DNA of 64,000 bases, from assembly GCA_951406725.2 (NCBI GenBank), contig OX597829.1, forward strand, positions 18,848,001 through 18,912,000, given 5' to 3'. Under the pieces are notes generated by a model. It saw only the letters and a program-made list of their open reading frames with translations. It searched no databases and was not told the origin of the DNA. Each line of letters begins with the position of its first letter. Position 1 is the first letter of the stretch. This stretch comes from Octopus vulgaris (taxonomy: Eukaryota). Of the stretch, positions 13,179 to 25,492 are shown piece by piece. Position numbers and translations under genes: made by a program.

Positions 13179-13746
13179 ACATAACACACACATATACGCA
13201 CACATGCATGCATCAAAATAACAAGTGTACATGTGCATAAAAACCACAAACACACACATACATGCATGCACAGACGCACACACACACACACATGCTCACA
13301 CACATGCACACACACATGCACGCATGCACACACACACGTGCACGCATGCACAGACACACACATACACACACGCTCACACACATGCACACACACATACACT
13401 ATATTACATGCATGGGGTCATTTGTGTGTGTGTACGTGTGTAAGAGACAGAAAGGGGGACAGAGGAAGAGACAGAGACAGAGAGAAGGATAGGTAGAGAT
13501 AGGGAGAGAGAGAGAGAGAGAGAAGAAGAAGGAAGAGAGAGGGAGACAGAGGTAGAGAGAGGAACTGAGAGAGAGAGAGGGGGGAGGGAGAGGAAGAGCA
13601 GGTGTTCAGAGGATAAGCTTCTTGACTCTTAGTGTATTTATATATTGTATAAATACAAAATTTACATACATTACATACATAAATATATATATATACACAC
13701 ACACATATGCACACACACACATACATACACACATGCACGTGCACTG

Positions 13747-13790
<44 letters not shown>

Positions 13791-14062
13791 ACACACATAA
13801 ATAGAAACATAATACAGACACACATATACACATAAGTTCATATACTTGCAAATGTGTGTTTGTGTGTGATCATGTGTGTGTGTGCTTTGGTGTGTGTGCT
13901 TGTGTGTGTGTGCTTGTGTGTGTGTGCTTGTGTGTGTGTGTGTGTGTGAGCAAACAAGCAAGAGAAGAAGAGAGGGAGATTGAGAAAAATGTGTGTGTTC
14001 AGTGGATGAACTTCTTGAAGACTGGCAAATATTCACAAATTGCTTAAACACACACACACACA

Positions 14063-14155
<93 letters not shown>

Positions 14156-14180
14156 ACACACACACACATGCATACACACT
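12925..14180. repeat. (CA)n/(GA)n/(TG)n compound microsatellite field with an internal ~175-bp duplication
   Basis: aaataacaag.gtacatgtgcataaaaaccaca occurs at ~13042 and ~13216. Confidence 0.9.
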
Positions 14181-14278
14181 GTCTATTACATCTGAAAATT
14201 CCAGTACAGTCCAAAGACAGATGAATGAACTTAAAAATTGCAAAAGATATACCGTATACAAACATTTCTCTTCAAACA

Positions 14279-14625
14279 TGAAGACTCATAGCTCAGTGGT
14301 TAGAGCATAGGGCTCAGAACCATGAGATAGTGGGTTCAATTCCAGGACCAGACTGTGTGTTTTGTTCTTGAGCAAGACACTTTATTTCACATTGCTCCAA
14401 TTCACTCAACTGTAGAAATGGGTTTGCGACGTCACTGGTGCCTAGCTGTATCAGCCCCTTTACCTTTCTCTTGGATAACATCAGTGGCATGGAGAAGGGA
14501 GGTAGTATGTATGGGCAACTACTAGTCTTCCATAAACAACCTTGCCCAGACTTGTACCTCAGAGGGGAACTTTCTAGGTGCAATCTTATGGTCATTCATG
14601 ACTGAAGGGGGTCTTTACCCTTTAA
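14279..14625 (+). mobile_element. SINE-C (tRNA head + CORE-like domain)
   Basis: gctcagtggttagag..ggttcaattcc..cttgagcaagacactttatttcac; homologous to 48964-49284. Confidence 0.85.
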
Positions 14626-16478
14626 CCTTCATACATGTAAGGGTGGCTGCTGATTATGCTTCTGGTTCCAACTTAGGAGGAATATGGTCATACCACAATT
14701 TAATTTGTTCCAAGTTACATCTTTTTCAATGTTAAGTCCTGCTTTATTTTTTAAGAAATTAATCGAAAGAAATAAACTTCAACTTCAGTTCATTCATTTG
14801 ACCTTACATTGGTGTCAACATAGGTACAGGTGTATCTAGACATTTGCTGCCTAGCCAAATGGCTCCAGGTTCAGTCCCCCTGTGTGGAACCTTGGGCAAA
14901 TGTCTTCCACTAAAGGTTCAGGTCAACCTGAGTGGATTTGGTAGACGGAAACTGAAAGTAGCCCATTGTATATATACATATATATATTTCTTAACTGCCC
15001 ACAAGGGGCTAAACACAGAGGGGACAAACAAGGACAGACAAAGGGATTAAGTCGATTACATCGACCCCAGTGCGTAACTGGTACTTTATTTATCAACCCC
15101 GAAAGGATGAAAGGCAAAGTGGACCTCGGCGGAATTTGAACTCAGAACGTAACGGCAGACGAAATACCACTGAGCATTTCGCCCGGCATGCTAACGTTTC
15201 TGCCAGCTCATCATCATCACCATCATCATCATTTAACATTTTCCATGCTAAAATTGACTAAAATTTTTCAAGGTGGTGCCCCAGCATGGCCGCAGTCTCA
15301 TGATTGAAACAAGTAAGATGTAAAAGCAAACATACTTAAAAGCATGGAAAATATTTTTAGAAAAAGCATGTGAAAACCAACACCTAAGTGGAAATATGTA
15401 CAAACCATTTATTTAAGGAGATATAAACTAATAGATCTTTTAAAATGGTTTTCCATGTCATGCCATTTTACCAATTTAAGTTGTATCTTGGAACCAAATA
15501 TCAACACAATTGAAGTTTGCTCTGTATAAGCACAAAACACACATGCACAGACACACACACAAACACACACAGTCATATACACACATACTCACACATATAC
15601 ACATACACACACACTCACACATACACACACACACACTCACATATACACTCACACCTACACACTTACACACTCACACACAGACACTCACAAATACACACTC
15701 ACACACACATACTCATACACAGACTCACATATACAGACACACACTCACACATACACACACACACCTCACTCGCACATATACACACACTCACATACACACA
15801 CTCACACATACACATATTCACGCTCACACATACACACACACACACGTTTGTACACTTATGTATGAATATATATATATACTCTCTTTCATACGTGCATTGT
15901 TTAAAAGAAAAATGAAATGAAAAATAGAGAAAGGCAGTGCTCCAGCATGGCCGCAGTCATATAACTGAAAGAAAAGAATAAAAATAATGAGAGAGAGAGG
16001 CAGACAGAGACAGAGAGAGGGGATGAAACAATCATATTTTGGGAATTAATAGAAAAGTTTTTTGATGCAGTTACATAGAACGGTTCGTTTTTCAACTGCA
16101 GACAGACTGGAGTTTGGTTTCAGTTATGCACCAGAGAAAGCAAAGAGGAATATAGCTGCAAGTGGTTATAGAAATAATGAGAACCAGTTTTGCAGAAGAA
16201 TTCTTAGATCAGTTAACTTCATATTCGCGCTCAAACGGTGATATCAACACTTACATTCCTCCTCCTCCTCCTCTTCTCCCTCCTCTGCCTTCTCCTCTCC
16301 TCTACTTCCACCCCTTCCTTCTCTTCTTCTTCTTCTTCTTCTTCTTCTTCTTCTTCTCATTATTATCATTATTATTATTATTATTATTACAATTTCTTAA
16401 AGAATATCTCAAAATATGCGATTATATTGTATTACAGACTGGAAACTATAACCTAGTTTACTGTCTCTTATGCATTCT

Positions 16479-16524
<46 letters not shown>

Positions 16525-16677
16525 CTATCATTGTCTGTATGCACACACATACATACATATATACATACACACATGTACATGCACACATTCACTGATACAT
16601 GCTCTCACACATGCATTTAATCCATAGCCATTAGTCCAGCAAAATATATTTTGTTTTGCTTATGGCTCTTCAAGGGA

Positions 16678-16741
<64 letters not shown>

Positions 16742-17062
16742 ATATGTATGTATATATGTATATATGTATATATATATATATATATGTATGTATGAATATA
16801 TGTATGTATGTAGGCATGTCAGGTCACTTTTGAGTGTTACTGGTAACATGTAACCCAGTACAACCTGTTGCATGGTCGGGTCGTCGGCGACTAAACCGGC
16901 AACCACACCATGCTTGCTTGGTGAGGAGGGTGTTTATTGGACACCATGAAGGATGAAAAACAAAACCCGTGAAAAGGCGGAGGAACTCTTGAGAGTGAAC
17001 GGCCATCCAATAAATGTCTTAAGGCTGTATCATGTATGTATGTATATTATTTGATAAGTTTC

Positions 17063-17134
17063 ATTCAGCTCCATGCCTGAAGAGCTAGGTTTGTTTTATG
17101 AGTCCATGAAACTTTAAGTTGTTTGGAGCTGAAT
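17063..17134 (+). ncRNA. Minimal type-I hammerhead motif (copy 1)
   Basis: Stem I attcagctccatgc/gtttggagctgaat; CTGAAGA; weak stem II; GAAA-CTTTAAG-TT. Confidence 0.55.
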
Positions 17135-17210
17135 TAAATTTGATCCTACTAAATGTGTGAAGTGCCAGTTTCTTTCATTTAGCCACTCACTCATATATGT
17201 GTGTATGTGT

Positions 17211-17328
17211 GTCATTATTCACTTTTATTTCAAGATTTCTTGCCAATAGAGAAAGAACTGGTTTCTAACCTAGATCCAAGGCTCCTTCATTGGAAGTTGA
17301 ACATCAACAACAGGGTATTTTTTTCTAT

Positions 17329-17363
<35 letters not shown>

Positions 17364-17916
17364 ATGTATGTATGTATGTATGTATGTATGTATGTATGTA
17401 TGTATGTATGTATGTATGTATGTATGTATGTATGTATGTATGTATGTATGTATGTATGTATGTATGTATGTATGTATGTATGTATGTATGTATGTGTATG
17501 TATGTATGTATGTATGTATGTATGTATGTATGTATGTATGTATGTATGTATGTATGTATGTATGTATGTATGTATGTATGTATGTATGTATGTATGTATG
17601 TATGTATGTATGTATGTATGTATGTATGTATGTATGTATGTATGTATGTATGTATGTATGTATGTATGTATGTATGTATGTATGTATGTATGTATGTATG
17701 TATGTATGTATGTATGTATGTATGTATGTATGTATGTATGTATGTATGTATGTATGTATGTATGTGTGTATGTATGTATGTATGTATGTATGTATGTATG
17801 TATGTATGTATGTATGTATGTATGTATGTATGTGTGTATGTATGTATGTATGTATGTATGTATGTATGTATGTGTGTATGTATGTATGTATGTATGTATG
17901 TATGTATGTATGTATG

Positions 17917-17950
<34 letters not shown>

Positions 17951-18330
17951 TGTATGTATGTATGTATATATGTATGTATGTATGTATATATGTATGTATG
18001 TATGTATGTATGTACGTATGTATGTATGTACGTATGTATGTATGTATGTATGTATGTATGTACGTATGTATGTATGCCATCATTCAGTTTTATTACAAGA
18101 TTTCTTGCCAACAGAGAATGAAACGGTTTCTAACCTAGATCCAAGGCTCCTTCATTGGAAGTTGAACATCAACAACAGGGTAGTTTTGTATGTATGTATG
18201 TATGTATGTATGTATGTATGTATGTGTGCAGATTTGTATGTTTTGTTTTATGTATGTATTCTCATGCATATAGTTACATATCTAGACATGCCCATTTAAA
18301 TGATAAACTTCTGGAAAGTTTTATAGATTT
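17211..18330 (-). mobile_element. Two 3' ends of an RLE-type non-LTR retrotransposon separated by ~730 bp of (TATG)n
   Basis: caagatttcttgccaa..ctaacctagatccaaggctccttcattggaag unit at 17211 and 18077, same as 35828 and 36181, where it adjoins an IIG..LG..TGTVKICK coding remnant. Confidence 0.75.
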
Positions 18331-18474
18331 TTATGTATGTATGTATGTATGTATGTATGTATGTATATGTATATATACACACATATATATACATTATCCA
18401 ATTTGTTGATTTGCTATATGTGGCCCTACCTAATTTACTATTATTTAATTTCTTCTTATTTTTCTTATTCCTTG

Positions 18475-18912
18475 TCATCATCATCATCATCATCATCATC
18501 ATCTTCTTTTTCTTCTTCTTCGTCTCCTTCTTCTTCTCCTTCTTCTTCTTCTTCTTCTTCTTCTTCTTTTTCTTCTTTTTCTTCTTCTTCTTCTTCTTTT
18601 TCTTCTTCTTCTTCTTCTTCTTCTTCTTCTTCTTCTTCTCTTCTTCTTCTTCTTCTTCTTCGTCTTCTTCATCTTCTTCTTCATCTTCTTCTTCATCTTC
18701 TTCTTCTTCTTCTTCTTCTTCTTCTTCTTCTTCTTCTTCGTCTTCTCCTTCTCCTCCTTCTTCTTCCCTTTCTTCTTCTTCCCTTTCTTCTTCTTCTTCT
18801 TCTTCTTCTTCTTCTTCTTCTTCTTCTTCTTCTTCTTCTTCTTCTCCTCCTCCTCCTCCTCCTCCTCCTCCTTCTTCTTCTTCTTCTTTTCCTCCTCCTC
18901 CTCCTCCTCCTC
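18475..18912. repeat. (TCA)n-(TCT)n-(TCC)n polypyrimidine tract
   Basis: Direct reading. Confidence 0.95.
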
Positions 18913-18989
18913 CTTGATTCTACCCCCTCTACACAACTTACTCATCTCATAACCACACTTTTATTTACTATTTGTTTCCTCCCAATATA

Positions 18990-19380
18990 AACGAAAAAAA
19001 ATGCCTGGAAGATACACAGTGTAAAAGCACATCTTTGATGCAAATCTGATGAAGTGCCACTCTGTTGTCTAAAACCAGAAACACTACATAAATTCTCACT
19101 TCGAATTTTTTGCATAAACTGGCATTGCAAGCAGAGTTGGTACAGAAACGATTGTAATGAACCGTTAAAGATGTGTTGAAGAATTTTCTATCATATTATC
19201 ATTTGGATTATAGTTTACTCTTCGCCACACCCACACAATGATTTTACCATCGGGAAACCAGGATTTTCTACGCTTGAAGAATTTTGGTATTAGATTGGAA
19301 TCTGACAATGTTTATAGCCCAGAATTCGGGTTGAGTGCTTCTCTGGAAATACCCTATCTTTATACGTTAGCAGAACCTAG
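18990..19380 (+). pseudogene. Heavily decayed RTE-like ORF C-terminal remnant
   Basis: Frameshifted fragments LRIFCINW, IVMNR*R, LLFA, GKP, RLKNFGI in the order expected for an RTE ORF end. Confidence 0.4.
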
Positions 19381-19451
19381 GACATACATACATATATACT
19401 TACATGTATGTATGTGTGTGTGTGTATATAATATATATATATATATATATA

Positions 19452-21283
19452 TCATCATCATCATCATCATCATCGTTTAACGTCCGTTTTCCGCGCTAGC
19501 ACGGGTTGGACGGTTTCGACCGGGGTCTGGGGAGCTAGGGACTGCCCCAGGCTCCAGTCTAGTCTGGCAGTGTTTCTACAGCTGGATGCCCTTCCTAACG
19601 CCAACCACTCCGCGAGTGTAGTGGGTGTTTTTTACGTGCCACCTGCACAGGTGCCAGAGGGGTCTGGCATCGGCCACGTTCGGATGGTGCTTTTTATGTG
19701 GGGGGGGGCAGAAATATAGGGTAGCACCAGTGGGGAGGGGTGGTTCAGAGAAATGATGACAGGTTCTTAGGCAAGTAGAACGTAGGATATCAAGAGGGTA
19801 ATGCAATGCATGGTGAAATAGCGTATTGAGGAGGGGGGTTCGAAGAGTAGACACCTATAATGGTGGTGGGAGAAACAACATCCGGTATAGATGGAGCAAA
19901 AATATAGAGATATCCGGTATTGGTGGTGGGGGTGGGCAGGGTGGGTGCACCGCGAATACTTGAAGGTTGAAAATAGATGATAGAGCGAGACTTGGTCGGG
20001 CAGAATTAATAGAGGAGAAATTAGATACAATAGTTAGATAGATAAATAACAACAGATAGAAAAACATGTATGATTGGTCGAGAAGTGAAGTGAAAATAAG
20101 CATTCAAACTTATCTGTGCTCGGGATTATAGCTGCTAGGTGAATGAATGAGAGAGCACATGTTGCTGCCTTAAGTAAAGAAATTGACCGGAAGAGGAATT
20201 TTTGGACAAGGCGGAAGTGTATTAAGGGAACAGGCTTCAAAGATGGCGAAGATCGATAGACGAATACTCGAAGGTTGAAAATAGATGATAGAGCGAGACT
20301 TGGTCGGGCAGAATTAATAGAGGAGAAATTAGATACAATAGTTAGATAGATAAATAACAACAGATAGAAAAACATGTATGATTGGTCGAGAAGTGAAGTG
20401 AAAATAAGCATTCAAACTTATCTGTGCTCGGGATTATAGCTGGTGCCAATACCATGGCCACCGTGTACCCCAGTGAAGATACCCAATTCCCGCCCAACAT
20501 GCCCATTAAAATCTCCACCCACAAAGATGAGGTCGTTGCCACTAGTCTTTGAAGTAGCCTGTAGAAGGGTCCAGCGGGGAAGGTTGGGGTAAGGAGGAAG
20601 GATGATAGGGAGGGGTTGGAACAGGTTCGTAAGAGATAAAAACGTAGGATATCACAAGGTGGGGGGGACTGGAAGGAGATAGCCGGTTGAGGCGGTGACA
20701 GATTCAAAACAGGAGGAACGTAAGATCAGTGGGGAGGTTGATGAGCTGCGGCGCTTGTTGCTTGTCTTGGTGGGGGGAGGTGTAGTACACAGTGAAAGCA
20801 TGTGAGGAGGAGGGGTAGGAGGGAGAGACACGTAATGGTGGTGGGGGAGGAGGAGGGCATATCCGGTGTAGATGGTGTGAACAGTGTTCACCGGTATTGG
20901 TGGTGGGGGTGGGAAAGGGTGGGGGTGTTCACCGGTCTTGGTGGTGGGGGCGTTCACCGGTATTGGTGGTGGGGGCGTTCACCGGTGTTGGTGGTGGGGG
21001 CGTTCACCGGTGTTGGTGGTGGGGGCGTTCACCGGTGTTGGTGGGGGGGGCGTTCACCGGTGTTGGTGGTGGGGGCGTTCACCGGTATTGGTGGTGGGGG
21101 CGTTCACCGGTATTGGTGGTGGGGGCGTTCACCGGTATTGGTGGTGGGGGTGTTCACCGGTATTGGTGGTGGGGGTGTTCACCGGTATTGGTGGCGGGGG
21201 TGTTCACCGGTATTGGTGGTGGGGGTGGGAAAGGGCGGGGGTGTTCACCGGTATTGGTGGTGGGGGTGGGAAAGGGCGGGGAT
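19452..21283 (-). mobile_element. Chimeric/internally deleted RTE derivative
   Basis: RTE tail 19452-19700; APE endonuclease fragment LIFVGGDFNGHVGRELGIFTGVHGGHGIGT at 20443-20570; 182-bp direct repeat; G-rich UTR-like blocks present twice. Confidence 0.65.
20886..21282. repeat. 25-bp G-rich minisatellite, ~14 copies
   Basis: Unit cgttcaccggtattggtggtggggg at 20951, 20976, 21001 and onward. Confidence 0.95.
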
Positions 21284-21288
21284 ATATA

Positions 21289-21324
<36 letters not shown>

Positions 21325-21325
<1 letters not shown>

Positions 21326-22298
21326 TCATCATCATCATCATCATCGTTTAACGTCCGTTCTCCATGCTAGCATGGGTTGGACGGTTCGACCGGGGATCTG
21401 GGAAGCCAGAAGGCTGCACCAGGCTCCAGTCTGATCTGGCAGTGTTTCTACAGCTGGATGCCCTTCCTAATGCCAACCACTCCGTGAGTGTAGTGGGTGC
21501 TTTTTACGTGCCACCTGCACAGGTGCCAGGCGAGGCTGGCAACGGCCACGGTCGGATTGGTGTATTTTATGTGCCACTGGCACGGAAGCCAGACGAGGCG
21601 GTGCTGGCATCGGCCACGAGTCGGATGGTGCTTTTTACGTACCACCAGACCAGGGATCCTGGCTGGTTCAATTCGATTTCAATTTTGATTTCGCTTGCCC
21701 CAACATGTCTTCGCAAGCAAGGGGGTTGGCATGGGTGCCTGTTGTACGGTCAGATTGGTGTATTTTACATGCCACCGGCACGGAAGCCAGTGGAGGCGGC
21801 GCTGGCATCGGCCACGAGTCGGATGGTGCTTTTTACGTACCACCAGACCAGGGAACCTGGCTGGTTCAATTCGATTTCGCTTGCCCCAACATGTCTTCGC
21901 AAGCAAGGGGGTTGGCATGGGTGCCTGTCGTACGGTCAGATTGGTGTATTTTACGTGCCACCAGCACAGAAGCCAGTGGAGGCGGCGCTGGCATCGGCCA
22001 TGAGTTGGATAGTGCTTTTTACGTACCACCAGACCAGGGATCCTGGCTGGTTCAATTCGATTTTGACTTCGATTTCGATTTCGCTTGCCCCAACATGTCT
22101 TCGCAAGCAAAGGGGGGTTGGCATGGGTGCCTGTCGTCGGATGAGGTTCTATATCGACTTCGCTTGCCTCAACAGGTCTTTGTGTCCAAGGGAGGAAAGG
22201 CATTCATAAGTGGGCTGGGCTCACTTGTCCTGCCTGGTCTTCTCACGTACAGAATATTTCCAAAGGTCTCAGTCGCTGGTCATTTCCTCAGTGAGGCC
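21325..22298 (-). mobile_element. RTE LINE 3' fragment with three ~190-bp tandem UTR units
   Basis: ORF end GLTEEMTSD*DLWKYSVREKTRQDK* at the 22298 end; (GAT)n tail at the 21325 end. Confidence 0.85.
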
Positions 22299-22301
22299 TA
22301 A

Positions 22302-22332
<31 letters not shown>

Positions 22333-22345
22333 TATACATATATAT

Positions 22346-22396
<51 letters not shown>

Positions 22397-22768
22397 TGAA
22401 AGAAGAACACAAGTGTGGTTCGATCCTATTTGGGTTTATACATACACTGCACTTTGAATGAACCAACCCTGGGTCAGATCTACACTTTATTTGGGATTAG
22501 GTACATATGTGTGCATGCATGTATGTGTGTGTGTGTGCAAATACATACTTACTTACAGTATACTACCAACAAACAACTATGAGTTGTAAGCTTGATACTA
22601 AGTACCCAACCATTCCTGGCATCCTACATGCTGAATTGTCTAGATTCTAACGAATACTCTATACATGCATACATACATACATACATACATACATACATAC
22701 ATACATACATACATACATAAATACATAAATACATACGTACATTCATACATACATACATAAATACATAA

Positions 22769-22799
<31 letters not shown>

Positions 22800-22824
22800 C
22801 ATACATGCATGCATACATACATAT

Positions 22825-23065
22825 CTCCAATTATTTCTACTTCTCTTGTCAAACTTTTTTTTCCCAACCAGCTGCCGTGCTTGATCACTAAATCCACATG
22901 CTTTTTTTATTCTCTCTCTGTTTATTTCCTCGTGTTCCTTTCTGTTGAAGAGCTTAGGCTCGAAACGTAAAAGACTTTCTCACTTTCCCAAGTGTCAAAC
23001 TAATACACCTGCTTGTTGTTCATACACCTGTCTTCATTTTTTGTTTTTCTGTAAATTTCAACTAC
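22825..23065 (+). mobile_element. Penelope-like pLTR fragment with minimal hammerhead (22938-22973)
   Basis: CTTT-CTGTTGA-A-GAGC-ttag-GCTC-GAAA-CG-TA-AAAG; T-rich flanks ending in a microsatellite. Confidence 0.65.
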
Positions 23066-23199
23066 ACACACACACACGTAATGAGCTTATTACATTACGA
23101 GCCAGGAAAGGTTAAAAGAGTGTACAGAAAGCAGATGTATATGTTAAATAAAGAAAGGCAATAATGAAGGCCAGAAGTATGTGCAGAATACATAGAATG

Positions 23200-24123
23200 A
23201 AACTGTAAAAATAGTATAGTAAGCATAAGACTGTATGATGCCTGTGTGCAAAGAGCCATGCTACATGGCTGTGGAATATGGGCAGTGACCACCAAGGGCA
23301 TGTGAAGGTTTGAAAGAAATGAGGCTGATATGTTTCGCTGGATGTGCAGTGACAGAGTGTAACCGTCTTGAGAGAAAAGTAGGACATAAGGAGCACCAGA
23401 TGTGGTGCATAAAAGAGAAAACTGTGCTGGTATGGTCATGTAATGCGTATGGATGAGGACAGCTGTGTGAAAAAGTGCTGATCTCTAACAGTGGAGGGAA
23501 CCTGTGGAAGAGGTAGACCCAGGAAGACATGGGAGGAAATGGTGAAGCATGATCTTCGAACATTGGGCCTCATGTTGGGTCTAGTGATGAAGACCTTTGA
23601 CAATATGCCATGCTTGAGAAGACACATCAAGCCATGTGAAATCATATTCATGGTTGATGCTGGTGTCATGTAACTCGCACCCATACCAGTGATGCATAAA
23701 AGGCACTTTTCAAGCTTTGGGTCTCACAGAAGCTATGTGGCCAATGCTGGTGTCGTGTAATTAGCACCTGTGCCAGTAGGACATAAGAAGCACCTTTTGA
23801 GTGTTAGGCCTCATGGAGGCAATGACAAATGACTGAGACCCTTGGTGATATTCTATGCTTGAATAAAAGATCCATCAAGCCAAGTGAAATCATAGTTGTA
23901 GCAGATACTGTCTCATGCAATTAGCACCTGTGCCATTAGCCCATAAAAACACTCTTTAACTCTTAGAGTGGTTGGCATTAGGAAGGGCATCCAGCAATAG
24001 AAATGATGCCAAATCAGACTGGTGTCTGGTGCAGCCTTCAGCTTATCAGCCCTGGTCAAACCATACATCCCATGCCAACATGGACAACGGACATTAAATG
24101 ATAGTGGTGATGATGATGATGAT
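23200..24123 (+). mobile_element. RTE LINE 3' fragment (decayed ORF end, UTR, tail)
   Basis: LYDACVQRAMLHG, WYGHVMRMDEDSCVKK, EGTCGRGRPRKTWEEMVKHDLRTLGL; (GAT)n end. Confidence 0.9.
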
Positions 24124-24388
24124 AAAGCATTTCTATTGCTGGATGCCCTTCCTAATGCCAACCACTCTAAGAGTTAAAGAGTGCTTTTATGGGCTAATGG
24201 CACAGGTGCTAGTTGCATGAGACAGTATCTGCTACAACTATGATTTCACTTGGCTTGATGGATCTTTTATTCAAGCATAGAATATCACCAAGGGTCTCAG
24301 TCATTTGTCATTGCCTCCATGAGGCCTAACACTCAAAAGGTGCTTCTTATGTCCTACTGGCACAGGTGCTAATTACACGACACCAGCA
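23745..24388. repeat. 261-bp near-perfect inverted duplication
   Basis: 23745-24005 is the reverse complement of 24128-24388, with 2 mismatches seen; 122-bp spacer. Confidence 0.95.
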
Positions 24389-25109
24389 ATCAGGACTTGT
24401 CAAATTTTGGGGAAGAATGGAATTTTTTAGAGAATACAATATACTAACAGGTAATGACTGATGTGTGTTGTTTATGCTTTGACAATTTCGAAGTGAAAAA
24501 AAAATGTTATTCATTTCTAATATTCTGTGGAAACATGTGGGAAAATAAGTAAGTGTTGGTGATAGGAAGGGCATCTAGCTATAGAAAATCTGCCCCAATA
24601 TATTTCATCTGACCCATGCAGGCATGGGAATGTGAATGTGAAAACAATGGTGATGATGATATAAATATATATTCTTTTATTCTTTTATTTGTTTCAGTCA
24701 CTTGACTGTCGCCATGCTGGAGCACCGCCTTGAAGGGCTTTAAGTTGGACAAGTCGACCTGAGAACTTATATCTTAAACCTAGTACTTATTCTATCAATA
24801 TCTTTTGTCAAACCACTAAGTTACAGGGACATAAACACACCAGCACTGGTTGTCAAGGGATGATAGTGGGAGCAAACACAGATACAAATATACACACACG
24901 TAGATATGTGCACACACACACACACACACGCACATATATATACACACAATGGACTTCTTTCAGTTTCTGTCTACCAAATCCACTCAAGGCTTTGATTAGC
25001 CTGAGGTTACAGTAGAAGATACTTGCCTAAGGTTACACATTGGGACTGAATCTGGAACCATGTAGTTGAGAAGCAAGCTTCTTACCACACAGCCACTCCT
25101 GCACCTATA

Positions 25110-25303
25110 AATGTGACCTCGTGTGTACCGTTGGCGATTTTTTTCCTCCATCTTCCCTTCTCTGGATCTTTCCTTCTCCTATGTTTCCGACGAAGAGCTC
25201 CGCTCGAAACGATAAACCCTCCTTCTTTCCTGAGCGTCCAATAATACTATATTTGTTCCACGTCCTCGCGTTGTTGTGTTTTTTTGTGCTTTCTTGTTTG
25301 GAT

Positions 25304-25310
<7 letters not shown>
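25110..25310 (+). mobile_element. Penelope-like pLTR fragment with mutated minimal hammerhead (25183-25217)
   Basis: GTTT-CcGACGA-A-GAGC-tcc-GCTC-GAAA-CG-aT-AAAC followed by a T-rich tract and (TA)n. Confidence 0.6.
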
Positions 25311-25338
<28 letters not shown>

Positions 25339-25456
25339 TTTCTCTTTTACTTGTTTCACTCTCATTAGATTTCTGCCATACTGAGATACTGCCTTGAAGA
25401 ATTTTTAGTTGAATGAATGAATCCCAGGACAAATACAGACAACACACATGCACTCA

Positions 25457-25492
<36 letters not shown>

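Noticed and set aside
17201-18299. 250-320 aa MYVC/HTYI ORFs
   Set aside because: Translation of (TATG)n
19290-19376. Minus-strand terminal exon VLLTYKDRVFPEKHSTRILGYKHCQIPI*
   Set aside because: Acceptor abuts a microsatellite, and the plus strand is better explained as a decayed RTE
20802-21434. GC-rich ORFs or a CRISPR-like array
   Set aside because: Contiguous 25-bp minisatellite without unique spacers; no cas genes; eukaryotic context
21364-22209. 281-aa ORF
   Set aside because: Antisense to an RTE 3' UTR made of tandem units
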